Under the pieces are notes generated by a model. It worked only from the letters and a program-made list of their open reading frames with translations. It had not been told where the DNA came from and made no database searches. Position numbers and translations under genes: made by a program. A DNA stretch of 64,000 nucleotides from Tubiluchus corallicola (lineage: Eukaryota > Animalia > Priapulida): NCBI GenBank assembly GCA_030141605.1, contig JAQGDQ010000906.1, positions 1 through 64,000 on the forward strand, given 5' to 3'. The stretch's first letter is position 1. The number at the start of each line of letters is the position of its first letter. Shown piece after piece: positions 10,504 to 24,163 of this stretch.

Positions 10504-11746
10504 GTAGGGGTGAGCATCGAACCTTGGAGTTTTTATCTCTGAATTCGATTCGACTCGAGAATTATTCATTCGATTAATTCAGCACTTCAGCCACACATTC
10601 TTTATCATTAAAATGTTTAGATTTTACTGCAGAACAACATTGAGCAATATGCACGATCTTTGTAAGATCACGTTTTAGCTGCAGTTTCTGTGCAAAATTT
10701 CTAATAAACTAATAGAGATTTTACTAGAGAACAAAATTGAGCAATATGCACAATCTTTGTAAGATCACGTTTTAGCTGCAGTTTCTGTGCAAAATTTCTT
10801 AACGAACTAATAGAGATTTGACTGCAGAACAAATTTGAGCAATATGCACGATCTTTGTAAGACCATGTTTTACTAGTGGTTTGAAAATCATTCAAGCTCA
10901 ATTCGAATTTAATTCCAAATACTGAAATTCGGTTCGATTCGAATTCGAAAGTCGTAAATTAGATTCGTACCTAAAATTCTAAATTCGAATAATTCAGCAC
11001 TTCAGCCACATACATTCTTTATCGTCAAAATGTTTGAAACATCATGCAATTAGCATAATTTAGCTGCAGTTTCTGTGCAGAAATTCGAACAAACTAATAG
11101 TGGTTTTACTGCAGAACAAAATTGAGCAATATGCACTATCTTTGTAAGATCACGTTTTAGCTGCAGTTTCTGTGCAAAATTTTTAACAAACTAATAGTGA
11201 TTTTACTGCAGAACAAAATTGAGCAATATGCACGATCTTTGTAAGATCACGTTTTAGCTGCAGTTTCTGTGCAAAATTTTTAACAAACTAATAGTGATTT
11301 TACTGCAGAACAAAATTAAGCAATATGCACGTTCTTTGTAAGATCACGTTTTAGCTGCAGTTTCTGTGCAAAATTTTTAATAAACTAATAGTGTTTTTAC
11401 TGCAGAACAAAATCAAGCAATATGCACGATCTTTGTAAGATCACGTTTTAGCTGCAGTTTCTGTGCAAAATTTTTAATAAACTAATAGAGATTTGACTGC
11501 ACAACAAAATCGAGCAATATGCACGATCTTTGTAAGATCACGTTTTAGCTGCAGTTTCTGTGCAAAATTTTTAATAAACTAATAGACATTTTACTGCACA
11601 ACAAAATTGAGCAATATGCACTATCTTTGTAAGACCACGTTTTAATAGTGGTTTGAAAATCATTCAAGCTCAATTTGAATTTAATTCCAAATACTGAAAT
11701 TCGGTTCGATTCGAATTCGCTTTCTGGCACAGGATGCTCACCCCTG
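10504..11746. mobile_element. hAT-like MITE family member with an internal ~98-bp tandem expansion
   Basis: Starts TAGGGGTGAGCATC and ends GATGCTCACCCCTG. Internal TTCGAA-rich segments are shared with 22891-23292 and 55865-56271. The unit 'gagcaatatgcacgatctttgtaagatcacgttttagctgcag...' is repeated. Confidence 0.7.
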
Positions 11747-12229
11747 CCAAAGGGGTGCTTTTTGTGATGAAAATGGGTTTTTGGGGGTCCTTTTCGGTGT
11801 AAATTTTCCTTACGCAACATTGGCATTGTTATTGACATTGGTGATTGGCATTGTTAAATTAATCGTTTAATTATCTTAGAGTGTAGCGTAAATGAAATGG
11901 TTTAGTGGCATAGCATGCCGGGCTTGTAACTGACATGTACCCGGTCTGAAGTTAAGCTCAACTGCAATTTTTTGCATCTGTGCGTCTCCTTTGGCAACGT
12001 TTGTTTTCAAAAGCTTAATGACAACTGCGATTATTAATGTATCAGTTTGTAAATTGTGATAAGGTTAAATTTGGTCCATTGGTATCTGTGTTTATGTTTA
12101 GTCAAAATTTATGATTTGAAGGTTTATAGGAAGAATTAACAGACCTTCCGTCTTGTAAAGTCATTAGTAGTATTAAAAGTCATTTATAATAACAATATGT
12201 TTTAGTATGTTCTGTTGACCTCAGTTACT

Positions 12230-12799
12230 CATGCAGTGTAGTGGTTTCCATGGAGGCATACAGTGTAGTGGTTTCCATGGAGGCATACAGTGTAGTGGTT
12301 TCCATGAAGGCATACAGTGTAGTGGTTTCCATGGAGGCATACAGTGTAGTGGTTTCCATGGGGGCATACAGTGTAGTGGTTTCCATGGGGGCATACAGTG
12401 TAGTGGTTTCCATGGAGGCATACAGTGTAGTGGTTTCCATGAAGGCATGCAGTGTAGTGGTTTCCATGGGGGCATACAGTGTAGTGGTTTCCATGGAGGC
12501 ATACAGTGTAGTGGTTTCCATGAAGGCATGCAGTGTAGTGGTTTCCATGGAGGCATACAGTGTAGTGGTTTCCATGAAGGCATACAGTGTATGTGGAGGC
12601 ATACAGTGTAGTGGTTTCCATGGAGGCATACAGTGTAGTGGTTTCCATGAAGGCATACAGTGTAGTGGTTTCCATGGGGGCATACAGTGTAGTGGTTTCC
12701 ATGAAGGCATACAGTGTAGTGGTTTCCATGGGGGCATACAGTGTAGTGGTTTCCATGGAGGCATACAGTGTAGTGGTTTCCATGGAGGCATACAGTGTC
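12230..12799. repeat. 27-bp minisatellite (~21 copies) between ~55-bp direct repeats
   Basis: Unit cagtgtagtggtttccatggaggcata. The flanks at ~12177-12229 and ~12809-12861 are direct repeats. Confidence 0.95.
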
Positions 12800-13059
12800 A
12801 CTAGAATTAAGTCATTTATAATAACAATATGTTTTAGTACGTTCTGTTTTGCTCAGTTACTAAGTTACTTGGAGAAGAACAAATTGCTTGTATAGGTAAA
12901 GGAAAATTTTTGAACTGCTAGAACGCCGGAGAAGCATTTTCGAGGAGAAAATATGGAGTTATACAGTTGTTAAAGGAAAGAACAATTGAAAGAAAAACTG
13001 CTTTATTCTCCAAACCAGTCCTTAATACTTGTCAATACTGGCAAACGGCGCACGTGCGG

Positions 13060-13099
13060 AGAGAGAGAGAAAGAGGGGGGAGAGAGAGTGAGTGAGAGA

Positions 13100-13157
<58 letters not shown>

Positions 13158-13173
13158 GAGAGAGAGAGAGAGA
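13060..13173. repeat. (GA)n microsatellite inside a dispersed repeat (inverted relative at ~63485-63650)
   Basis: GA run. The flanks 'ttgaactgctagaacgccggagaagcattttcga' and 'tgttcgcataaagcaaaaaaa...cctgaaataggccctg' match the reverse complement of the 63.5-kb region. Confidence 0.8.
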
Positions 13174-14532
13174 GGCGGCAGTATGTTCGCATAAAGCAAA
13201 AAACAATGTTACCTTGGTCCAAGGCCCCCCTGGAGGGTGAAGCCCCGGGGAAGCATCCCCACTTCCCCCCCTCCTGAAATAGGCCCTGTGCACGTACGGA
13301 AATCAGCAACACTTCACTGTGTTTTAGCAAATTAATTTTACACTTGTTAAACTCACCTTTGACGTTATAGTTATAAAAGTTACTTGCTAAGTGCATAATT
13401 ACACGATAACAGCCATTTGCTTCCAAATATGCATTTATTTGAGATTTCGGACGAAAATACGCTAATTTGGCGGAAAGTGCGATAGTTTTTAGCCTCCGAG
13501 CATCATAAAACTGGCAACCCTGAAACTAATCAGCGTGTTGGTGAATGAAAACTTTTTGCACCCGTGAATGTCAGATCTTGATTTCCACTAAAAAGCTTGT
13601 ACATTTTGCCACAAAAGTCGAAGTTCTGCCCAAATAACTTATACGTATCAGAGTCGATAACGAAAATCGGAATTATGTAATACAGTGTTTAATGACACCT
13701 ATTTTGAATGAAAGTAAACATATAATTATTTCAAGATTATTGACAAGTCAGTGTTATGAATTCATGAAGAGATAAACCTATTTTTTTGAGTTATTGAAGC
13801 CGGATATGGCCAAAAAAGGAAATGCGGAAAATGAGTGCCGAGCTTGGATTCGAACCTGGGATTTTTACGTTAAAATCTTGCGATTTACACCGCCCGAGTA
13901 GTTTAGGATTGCTTTTTGTGATGAAAATGGATCTACAAATAGATTTTTGGTCCTTCCGGCAATGATAAAGAAAGTCTGACTTATCTAATAAATTGTGAAT
14001 CTAGAGTACGGGGTGAAATCCAACACTTGGAACAGCCAAGTTACCGAGAGCACACTGTTGATTTGTGTCTTCGTGAAATTTCACTTTCAAAGGGGCACCG
14101 AAATTCTTGGACAGATTGTCGCAATTTCACCACGATGCAGAACACGAAGAAACGATTACGAGTTTTTTCCTGTGAGTCGTAAGTTTGATTCATTTCCTAT
14201 TGAGTCTTTCCTGTTCCTGTGACGTAAATAGTCAAATCCGGTATGCTAATTATCTGATACAAGTCGGCAAAGCAGCATCCGCAATGTTGTTTACGCTGCA
14301 GGTCGTTATCCACGCGTTTCTTTAAGTTATTATCTTTTGAAACGATTGTATTGAACAGTTGTTCTAACTTTAGTGAAATGTGTGTCATAGCATGTGTGCG
14401 TGTGTGTGTGTGTGCAAAGATGAATGGATGTGTATATTAGGTGAGAGATTTGTGTAATGTATTTTAACCTGTATTACCTGTTTAATTTATAAGATTTGTT
14501 ACTGCTGTACTATTATACTAATTACCTGCTAA

Positions 14533-14910
14533 TGTTGTATAATGAATACATGATTCACTTGCGTATTTTGTATAATGAATACATGATTCGCTTGCGTATG
14601 TTGTGTATAATAAATACATGATTCGCTTGTGTATGTTGTGTATAATGAATACATGATTCGCTTGCGTATGTTGTGTATAATAAATACATGATTTACTTGC
14701 GTATGTTGTGTATAATAAATACATGATTCGCTTGCGTATGTTGTGTATAATGAATACATGATTCGCTTGCGTATGTTGTGTATAATAAATACATGATTCG
14801 CTTGTGTATGTTGTGTATAATGAATACATGATTCGCTTGCGTATGTTGTGTATAATAAATACATGATTTACTTGCGTATGTTGTGTATAATAAATACATG
14901 ATTCGCTTGC
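14533..14910. repeat. 39-bp minisatellite, ~10 copies
   Basis: Unit tgttgtgtataataaatacatgattcgcttgcgta-like. Confidence 0.92.
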
Positions 14911-16614
14911 CATTGTCTTTTAAATGTTCAATTTAGAAGAGAGCAATCTTGATCAAACAGCCAATCGAGTCATTTGCTGTATCATAATTCTGTAACTGGT
15001 GCCCTCTAGTGTTCATCTTAAGAACTATTTTATGAAAACTGATTGTCATTGTCAAGTAATTATGTTATCAAGTGGAAAGATTTCTAACTGCCTTTACAAC
15101 AATAATAATATAATTTATATGTGGTTTCGTGGACTTTCACTTGTTTAGCATAAATAAAATTAACGGTTTATCATAAACACCGAGTTTTTCTAATGGCTTG
15201 AGTATTATTAGTTGAATACAATCGTAGCTAGACCCAGGACGGATCAGAGTAATTGGTTTGAAGAAACCAAAAAACTTGAAATTTAGTTTTAAGATTTTAT
15301 TCTGAAGTGTCTATATAAACAGTGAAGTAGTGTCATGTTGAAAAGCAGAAAACCAGGTGACCAAAACCACAGGTGAAATCATTTAGGTGTGAAAACAGGT
15401 TTAGAGATTATGCATTCATAAAGACTGTAGAAGCCAATGAAAACTTAAACAGTAAAAAGAAAGATTTAACAATTTTAACAAGAACACCTGAAGGTGGCAG
15501 CACTATGCAAAACTCAAAAAAAGTATGATGACAACATAAATTTAAATTTAGAGTAATTAAAATGATTTTCTTCTGTCCAGTAATGTTATATTTTCAGTTG
15601 TTCATTGTGCAAGTTGCATATATAGAGCCTAGTAGATGTACACTTATTCTTAGTATAGTAAGTCCTCGCTTAATGACACCCCGTTTAACGACGGTTCGTT
15701 TAAATCGTGCCGATGTTTTACACATTTTTTTCACTTGATGCACGTCTCGGTTTAACGACGATTTTTTTTTACTTTATTCAAGGCTAGTTTTTATTCTATC
15801 AACAACATTTTCAACATTTTTATTGTATCAACAACTAATATGATTTTTTGTAATTGTAATTTATTGTAATTTATTATCACTCAGCATGTATTTTTACATT
15901 ACAATTTGCATCATTATCTTTAACTATTATGCCCTATAACTAGAAAATGAAACAATAATTGTAACAGAACTACATTAGTATACTATAGCATGATATAGTT
16001 AGGGAAAAAATTCCAAATATAATTACAAAAATTTAACAGAAGTATATTAATATAGTTAGGGAAAAAATTCCAAATATAGTTGCAAAAATTTAACAGAAGT
16101 ATACTAACATAGTTACTAAACTACATAATAGTTTGTCAACAAGAAATAGATGCTGCATGATGCACTAAAACAGTACATTTGTTACAGTTTGTAGAGCTGA
16201 CAAACTTCTAACTTCGTTTAAAGATACATTTATTAAAACCGATTTAAAAAAACAAGTAGCTTTTTAACAAAATAAAGCAACAAATTTCCTCGCAGTAACT
16301 CTGGCGTTCTGCTAATCTGAATACTCTCTTTTTGCTCTCCTCTGCTCCGTCTTCCTAACTTGCCCAACTAGATCACTAATCAAGCTATATTATATCTATG
16401 ACTCAAGTACAGCTTAGGCAAAGCGCAACACATATTGCATTATTCTGTTCTAAGAATGCTTCAGTAGCGTAAACAGTGTGACCTGCATGCAAACTTTAAC
16501 TGTGCCACCTGTAGGGGTGAGCATTCTCTACCAGAAAGCAAATTCGAATCGAGCCGAATTTGTGACTTTCGAATCGAACTGAACGTCGGTGTTTCGAATT
16601 CGAACGGAATTCCT

Positions 16615-16790
16615 TTCCTACCAGGGAGGAAGAGAGGGGGTTCCTGGTGTCTGGGCAACTCAGGATCTCCATGCACCTTGCCCTGGAGAGACCATTCCAA
16701 TGGTTCAAGGATCGCACTGCTCAGCCACAGTCGACGCTGCAGCTCCATCAATGTGATCAATAACTGACTCTCTTGGCGCACATTCCATTA
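16615..16790 (+). mobile_element. Fragment of the SINE-like family at 24164-24585 and 50000-50525, fused to a truncated hAT-MITE end (16512-16612)
   Basis: Shared sequence 'ggaagagagggggttcct...gggcaactcaggatctccat...gctgcagctccatcaatgtgatcaataactgactctcttggc'. Confidence 0.75.
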
Positions 16791-17202
16791 ACACACGTAA
16801 TGCATATGCAGGGTTACTGCAGGAGAAAGAAGAAGAAAACGAAACAAAGAACAACAAAAATATCGTATTACTACAACACTGTGATATAATGTAATTGAAC
16901 AATACGATACACATGATATGTATGTAACTGTATGTAATTCGTACAGCAATTGACTCACAGTCGAAATTTTATTTTGCCACATTGCATAAAAAATATTTTT
17001 TCTATAATTTGCTTCACAATGTATCTAGCAGTAACAAAATTGTAGGAGCGTGACAATAATTCGTTTATTTTACTAAGTGCAGTATAAATAAACTGGATAA
17101 TAATTTTACTACAATTAAAACTTATGAATAAGCTGGACAATATTATGACTACAATTAAAACCGTAGTACGGTTTTGTTTAATTAGGCCTATAAAGTACAA
17201 AC

Positions 17203-17515
17203 TGTTGTGGAGATCTGGAATGTTCTATAGTATAGTAGAACAATCTTCTTACCTTGTAGAACTTTCTATTTCTAGATTGTTCCTTTGCACCGATATATAA
17301 GGCGGAGCTGGCCGCTGAAGTTTAGTCTCTCACATTCTCTTGTATCCTCGTATTCTTAGATACGCTTTCACGTTTCCAGATTATCACATTTACTGTAAAC
17401 ATTTCGCGTTCCTTCATACTTTTGTGTTGTAGAATTCTCGTAATGAACTAGTTTAATTTGACCACATGTTTTCTGGTTTTCTCTACGAGCCTTCCGAGAG
17501 AAACAAAACGCAACA
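17203..17515 (+). mobile_element. Solo-LTR-like element
   Basis: TGTTG...CAACA termini and an internal TATATAA. An inverted relative lies at 50748-51103. No clear TSD. Confidence 0.5.
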
Positions 17516-19025
17516 CCATCCCTGTTTTATTATACTGTCAAAATTAAAACTACTTAACTATGTAAATATATAAGATACATGATAAGACATAGCAATTATC
17601 ATTTTAGTTAGAAATGTTTACAATGCATATAATATTTTGTCATCATTTTTTTTTCTCAAAGTGCAGCGACATCTGTAGAGTGAAAAGTTTAATTAAAAAC
17701 GTGTAAAAATAATTTCACAAATTTGTGTCAGTTTTCAACGGTTTCCATAAGAAGTTGGACAACTGTAGTAGAATTCTCAAAAATTTAGTTTAAATGGAAT
17801 CTAATTTTATTATTCTAATTTTAATAATCCAAGTTATTTATCTACTAAGGTGTAGTATATGATATCACACTGTAGCTATGATATCTTCTGTACATAATGT
17901 CTAATGTGTAACTGATAGCTAATGTTCTACATAAATCTAGCTAAAACATCACTTCTGACTATGACGTCGTCTGTGCAAGATACATTGTATATAGAAGTCA
18001 CTTGGTCAGTACGCCATGTCTGACCATGTGACTTCATTAGTGCACATAATGTGCAACATATAGGCTGCTGGGATAATACATTGCATTTAACTATGACAGC
18101 ATCAGTGCATATAATGTATAATGTGCAACAAACTGCATAGCATTTAACTATGACATCTGCACATAATGTTATACATACAGGATATAAAACCATGCATTAG
18201 CTTCTGCATAACTTTACTTGGAAGGGCTGCAGTTTTTCATATTCGTCTCATCAGCTAGTCTTTCAGGTTGACAAAAAGCAGCAGATTTTGCCTTCATGCA
18301 GCATCTAGTGCAGGGAAATTATGTGACCGTTATGGGCCACTAATTCTAGCAGGCCGCTTACCTGGTAATGCACATCTTATAAGCAAGATCTAAATTGCCT
18401 AATAACAGGGATGAGAATGACAAATTGCAAAAAACTCTGAAACAGGCCGGGGGTTTGGGGGCCACCCAGGCCCCCAATGGCGTTCAAGGAAGCCCCCTTG
18501 GAGTCAGCAACAAATTGCGATTTTGTGACCATAGAGAACCTCTAAGTGGACTTGAAATATCAATTACCTTGTTTCATGCATAATTTAAAATACCCAACTA
18601 TCAAGGATACATGATACCTAATTGTCTCAAAAACGCCTAAGTACTGGCCGCTCCTATGCAAAAGTATATAAAAACTGCCTGCAATTGACTCAAATAACTC
18701 TGCACAATTGATTCTATATTTTTATACATAGAGATATACGAGTGGTTACACTGATGTGTGTGACGTAAACAATGTGACGGCCTGCCACCTAGCGGTCAGC
18801 TTGTGAAATAATGTACTGAGTCCGTAAAAATTTTCTCAACGAATTTACGCGATTTACAAAAATGGCACTACTGGTCTTCCAGAAACCCGGAATTCCACGG
18901 AAAATTCTCATCCTTGTAATAATGGCGACTAAAATAAGCAAGCTTCTTTGTTTTTGTTTAGAGTTGACATGACATTGCCATCTACTGGCCAGAATAGCTT
19001 TTAGTCAGCACCACGGCAGGATGAC

Positions 19026-20269
19026 CTACCGATATGCTACCGCCCAACCCGGTTGAACGTGCAAACTCCCAAGTGGTGCTGCCGAACCTTCCTCAGCTAC
19101 CTGTTCGGTGATGCAACAAGGTCCTCCCAAGAAGTCCATTTTGAATTCTCCCCCGTAATAGAACCAGGTGAAAGGAGCTCGCGAGATTCCCACGGGAAAA
19201 TCATTCACCGTATTTTTTTCAAAATTCGATGAGGAACAGGAAGCCAAAGGATTTATTCTACTTTCGGTCAAATAGGGAAAGAACACGTTTACCCATCCCG
19301 TGACATGATCGATTCCACCGGACCCAAACTCCCTATTATATTTGAATATTTTAGCCATCCAGTCCTTCACTGAAGGATCTTCCGGATTCTTGTAGCAGTA
19401 AACAAGCATCTCAAGAACAGGTATTAGTTTCATTCTCCACCATTCCAAATCTGTTCCACCGGGCATACCCCGAAACATGTTCAAAACATTCTCTGTGGCA
19501 TTTCGCAGCTTTTGCCAGTCTTCTAACCCACCCAGCAAAGTTACGCTTGGTATTCCACATGAAGTCCACAATGTATAGTCAAAATATGATTGCATAGCAT
19601 CCATCAAAGTAATACTAGAAATGTCGTACCAGGTTTTTGTCGTCGTACTAAATCGTTCACATAAAAGTGGCTTCGCACTTTCTTTGAGATGCTCCTCAAT
19701 CTGCTCTCGGAATTCATGGAACACCGATGGCCAGTCATTTGTCCCACGTCTCACAAAGTCATCCCGTCTCACTCTCAGCTCAACCTTTCCTTCATGTCCT
19801 ACAAACAGCGAGCGCAATTCCTCCGGGTGCTTATTTATGTGTACAGCCACAGCATTTCTGATGTAATGCCACAACAAGTCTGGACTGATAGCAATGGGTC
19901 GATGTTCGTCAAAACCAATCAAGCACATTTTCACTAGAGGGTTTTCCATGGCTTCGTCAACTCCTTCGCTAACTGGTTTGAATGCATCGCTACGAAACTC
20001 AGCATACATCTGCTCCACGTCTCTAGGTGTTACATTTAGCCAATAGTATTCGTACTCTTTGTATTCATATGCAAGACGATTAAGAAGCCTGATTTCTTCT
20101 GTGCGGTTGATGAGTTTTTCTTGACCCACCGGCGATGCCTGTATCGTTACTCCCTTGTCCAACCTTATTGATGGTTTAAACTCTTCGGCTGCCAGATCAC
20201 ATTCAACAGGAGAGGACGGCTCCTCGAAGGTATAGTTCTCAGCATCTTCAAAGTTTGCTTGACACTCAC
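19026..20269 (-). CDS. DUF4419-domain protein, copy A (single large exon)
   Basis: Family motifs recognised from memory: 'F.EHRPIAISPDLLW', 'HINKHPEELRSLFV.HEGK', 'FSTTT', 'LMDAMQSYFDY...SCGIPSVTLLG..EDW..L', 'GGIDHVTGWV..FFP' and 'VQPGWAV'. There is no ATG near the ORF start. A cattattccag acceptor ends at 20270 (phase 1). Confidence 0.85.
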
Positions 20270-20479
20270 CTGGAATAATGAAAGTGCACAATTCTACCAA
20301 AGGCCCATATATATGTTTATTGACTGATTACGAGATAGTCGAACATGATACTTTAGTTCAGTCCATAGATCACTACAAAAAAGGACTTTTGATCATATAA
20401 CATGATCATTACTGTCAAAAAATAACTGAAGAATTATTTACAACTTCTCACTACACACTTATTATCGTCTAACATGATC

Positions 20480-20824
20480 ATTACTGTCCAAAAATCGCTA
20501 AACAGTTATTTACAAATTCACAATATGACTTTGGGTTTCCATTGAAAAATTCATGCAAATCGTTGAAGCTCAGTTCAGTGTTATCTTCACCAAGGTGATT
20601 CGTAAGTGGACAAAAACATGAATGTTTAAGCCAGAACAGGAGCATAGCCTGTCCTCTCTTTTTATCCTTGCCCATCTTCCAGTCTCAATAGCTAGGTTAT
20701 GTGAGGAGAGGCGTAACCGAGATGTTTTAATCCTATGGAGCTCATTTACGTTAACGCTATACATTGCACTGACAGATAGTTCAGGATTCACATAGAGATA
20801 GGTGCACAGTTTAGTTACATCCAT
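20480..20824 (-). mobile_element. Non-LTR retrotransposon ORF2 C-terminal fragment
   Basis: 'RLRLSSHNLAIETGRWARIKREDRLCSC' and a frameshifted 'H..FCPL' give the Cys/His-rich C-terminus typical of invertebrate LINE ORF2. Confidence 0.65.
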
Positions 20825-20835
20825 TGCGCCATTTG

Positions 20836-22160
20836 CTAGTTAGACGGGCACTTGCGCCTGCATTTCTGAAATGCATTGGACGAAAAGCAGGTGCCGAGGT
20901 TGATTGTATTTGTGTTTTTGCAGTGAAGTTTGCTAATATGGGTAAAAGTACAGAAAAGTACGGGTCTAGATACACCCTCACCCTCGGTCTGACTCAACTT
21001 CGGCTATGAGGCACATAGGATATAAGGGACGGTTTTTTCCGGTCCCGAGGTGTCCCTTATATCCGAGGTTGATTGTATTTGTGTTTTTGCAGTGAAGCTT
21101 GCTAATATGGGTAAAAGTACAGAAAAGTACGGGTCTAGATACACCCTCACCCTCGGTCTGACTCAACTTCGGCTATAAGGCATATGAGATATAAGGGACG
21201 GTTTTTTCCGGTCCCAAGGTGTCCCTTATATCCGAGGTTGATTGTATTTGTGTTTTTGCAGTGAAGCTTGCTAATATGGGTAAAAGTACAGAAAAGTACG
21301 GGTCTAGATACACCCTCGGTCTGACTCAACTTCAGCTATAAGGCACATAGGACATAAGGGACGGTTTTTTCCGGTCCCAAGGTGTCCCTTATATCCGAGG
21401 TTGATTGTATTTGTGTTTTTGCAGTGAAGCTTGCTATTATGAGTAAAAGTACAGAAAAGTACTGGTATTGATACACCCTCGGTCTGACTCAACTTCGGCT
21501 ATAAGGCATATGAGATATAAGGGACGGTTTTTTCCGGTCCCAAGGTGTCCCTTATATCCGAGGTTGATTGTATTTGTGTTTTTGCAGTGAAGCTTGCTAA
21601 TATGGGTAAAAGTACAGAAAAGTACGGGTCTAGATACACCCTCGGTCTGACTCAACTTCGGCTATAAGGCATATGAGATATAAGGGACGGTTTTTTTCTG
21701 GTTGAGAGGTGTACCTTATACCCGAGGTTGATTGTATTTGTGTTTTTGCAGTGAAGTTTGCTAATATGGGTAAAAGTACAGAAAAGTACGGGTCTAGATA
21801 CACCCTCGGTCTGACTCAACTTCAGCTATAAGGCACATAGGACATAAGGGACGGTTTTTTCTGGTCCCGCGGTGTCCCTTATATCCAAGGTTGATTGTAT
21901 TTGTGTTTTTGCAGTGAAGCTTGCTATTATGAGTAAAAGTACAGAAAAGTACTGGTCTAGATACACCCTCGGTCAGACTCAACTTCAGCTATAAGGCACA
22001 TAGGACATAAGGGACGATTTTTTTCTGGTTGAGAGGTGTACCTTATATCCGAGGTTGATTGTATTTGTGTTCATACTAACACATCTGAATTGAGAGCACA
22101 GAACCTGTTTTTGTGCAATGCGTTTCTGAAATGCAGGTGCTACTGCCCGTCTAACTAGCA
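20836..22160. mobile_element. TIR element containing a ~163-bp tandem array (~7 copies, ~20895-22070)
   Basis: The end gctagttagacgggca...cctgcatttctgaaatgcatt is inverted at aatgcgtttctgaaatgcagg...tgcccgtctaactagc. Related ends occur at ~23560, ~30730 and ~42340. Confidence 0.7.
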
Positions 22161-22890
22161 AAAAGCAAAATACATATAACAGCCAAGAACTAGTGGTGCG
22201 AAGATGAAGTTGTGTTGTGTGTGGTAATAATTCTTTCACGTAAGTCATTTTTAAAAAAAATCCTTTCCTTTCAGTATTTTAAAGAGTAGATTGTTTTGTC
22301 TTACAGTTCAAGATTTGGTCTGATTTCGCTTTAAAAATAATAATGACAGTTGGTTTAAAGAAACTAAAAAAACTTGAAATTTAGTTTTTTTAAGATTATA
22401 TTCTGAAATTCCTACATAAACAGTGAAGTAGTGTCGTGTTGAAAAGCAGAAAACTAAGTGACCAAAACTACAGATGAAATCATTTAGGTGTGAAAACAGG
22501 TTTAGAGATTATGCATTCATAAAGACTGTAGAAGCCAATGAAAACTTAAACAGTAAAGAGGAAGATTTAACAATTTTAACAAGAACACCTGAAGGTGGCA
22601 GCACTATCCAGAACTCAAAAAAGTATGATGACAATATAACGTAATTATAAATTTAGAGTCACTAAAATGATTTTCGTCTGCCCCACAGTAAAGCAACAAC
22701 GCTGTACTGATGATCTTGGCAAGCAGCAAACAAAGTTTATATAAGCAACATTGTCACTTACTGGATAAGAGTCTTTGAAATTCTCCATTCTCTCTTCCCA
22801 TTAAGAATACACAAAGACCTGGAAGAAAAAACTGAGCTGATGGATCTTAAAACATTACTTTACTTACTTACGAAAACAACGTCTGTACAC

Positions 22891-23292
22891 TAGGGGTGGG
22901 CATCGAACGTTCGAGTTCGAACGAGTTTTTTTAGTTCGAACTCGATTCGAATTCAAAACTATAGATTCGAATAATTCAGCACTTCAATCACGTATGTTCC
23001 TGATCATTAAAACGGTTGAAACATCATGCAATTAGCATAATTTAGTTGTTATTTCTGCGCACAACTTTAAGCAAATTACTAGTCGTTTTATTTCAGAACA
23101 AAGTCTAGTGATATGCATGATCTTTGTAAGACTAATTTTTACCGGTGATTCGAAAACTAGTTCGAAAATCGTTCAATCTCAATTCGAATTCGGTTCGAAT
23201 TCGAAACACTGAAGTTCGGTTCGATTCGAATTCGAAAGTCACAAATTCGGTTCGATTCGAATTCGCTTTCTGGTAGAGAATGCTCACCCCTA
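22891..23292. mobile_element. hAT-type MITE with 8-bp TSD
   Basis: TIR TAGGGGTG(G/A)GCAT / ATGCTCACCCCTA. TSD CTGTACAC on both sides. The host repeat without the insert is present at ~46385-46680. Confidence 0.9.
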
Positions 23293-24163
23293 CTGTACAC
23301 AAGTGTGCAGCACGGACAACATTGCGTAGCTCAGTTTTAAAGTTAGGGTGAACGAGCAGACAATAACAACAGCAACAACAACAACAATAGTTTTAAGATA
23401 AAAATTGAAATTTTACCATTTTGCTCACGTGTGTGTCCTACATCGCAAACGAACATCTCCGAATTGAGAGGTATAACACCTACCACTTTGCTCACGTATG
23501 TGTGCATTACGTCACAAATGAACATCTCTGCATTAAGGGGTGCGGCACCTGTTTTTAAGCAATGCATTTTCGAAATGCAGGCACTAGTGCCCATCTAACT
23601 GACGAATAGTGAAATTTATCTAACATGCGAAGAATCATAATCATTTTTGGTAGATATTATAGTTTTTCTTTTTGAGTACATTTCTTTGCTTGCTGGTTTA
23701 CTTGTAATGTATGTGAGCAGGGTCACGTGAACGATATAATTTGGTTTAGCTTACGCAGTACGTGGTTTTATAGCAATGCAAACCTTATCAAGTGCTGATG
23801 TCATGCATGTGGTTGGCCTATAGTGAGTTGTGTAACCTTTGAGCAGCCTGGGGGCAGTGCTAATAATTATCTGTGGCGCCCTCTATCCTACAAAACTGAA
23901 GATTATTAACTTATTAATTTTTTAATAATTGTTAAATTATATTTATAATTATACTGCTATTGTTAAATAAATAGCAAAAACATCATATACTGTCAGATAG
24001 TAGAATGTAACAAGGTTAGCACATTAACTACAATATACAATACCAACTTCCACATCGGGTACCTAAAGAACTATATAAAAATAGAATCTATTGAGCTTTC
24101 AAAATGATATTTTAACATCTTTATAATTATGAACCTGTAAATATGATTCTCTGATCTACGGGA

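Noticed and set aside
12221-12895. Repetitive ORFs (MPPWKPLHC / METTTLYA / QCSGFHGG)
   Set aside because: These are translations of a 27-bp minisatellite that is open in several frames on both strands, with no splice or start evidence.
13830-13905. tRNA gene (B-box-like GGTTCGAATCC on the - strand; similar at ~10430-10500 and ~465-515)
   Set aside because: No complete cloverleaf could be built. These are more likely decayed SINE heads.
19026-20300. Bacterial or viral contaminant, or endogenous giant-virus segment, as the source of DUF4419
   Set aside because: There are no other microbial or viral genes, the ORFs have spliceosomal acceptors, and the flanks carry the same animal repeats as the rest of the window.
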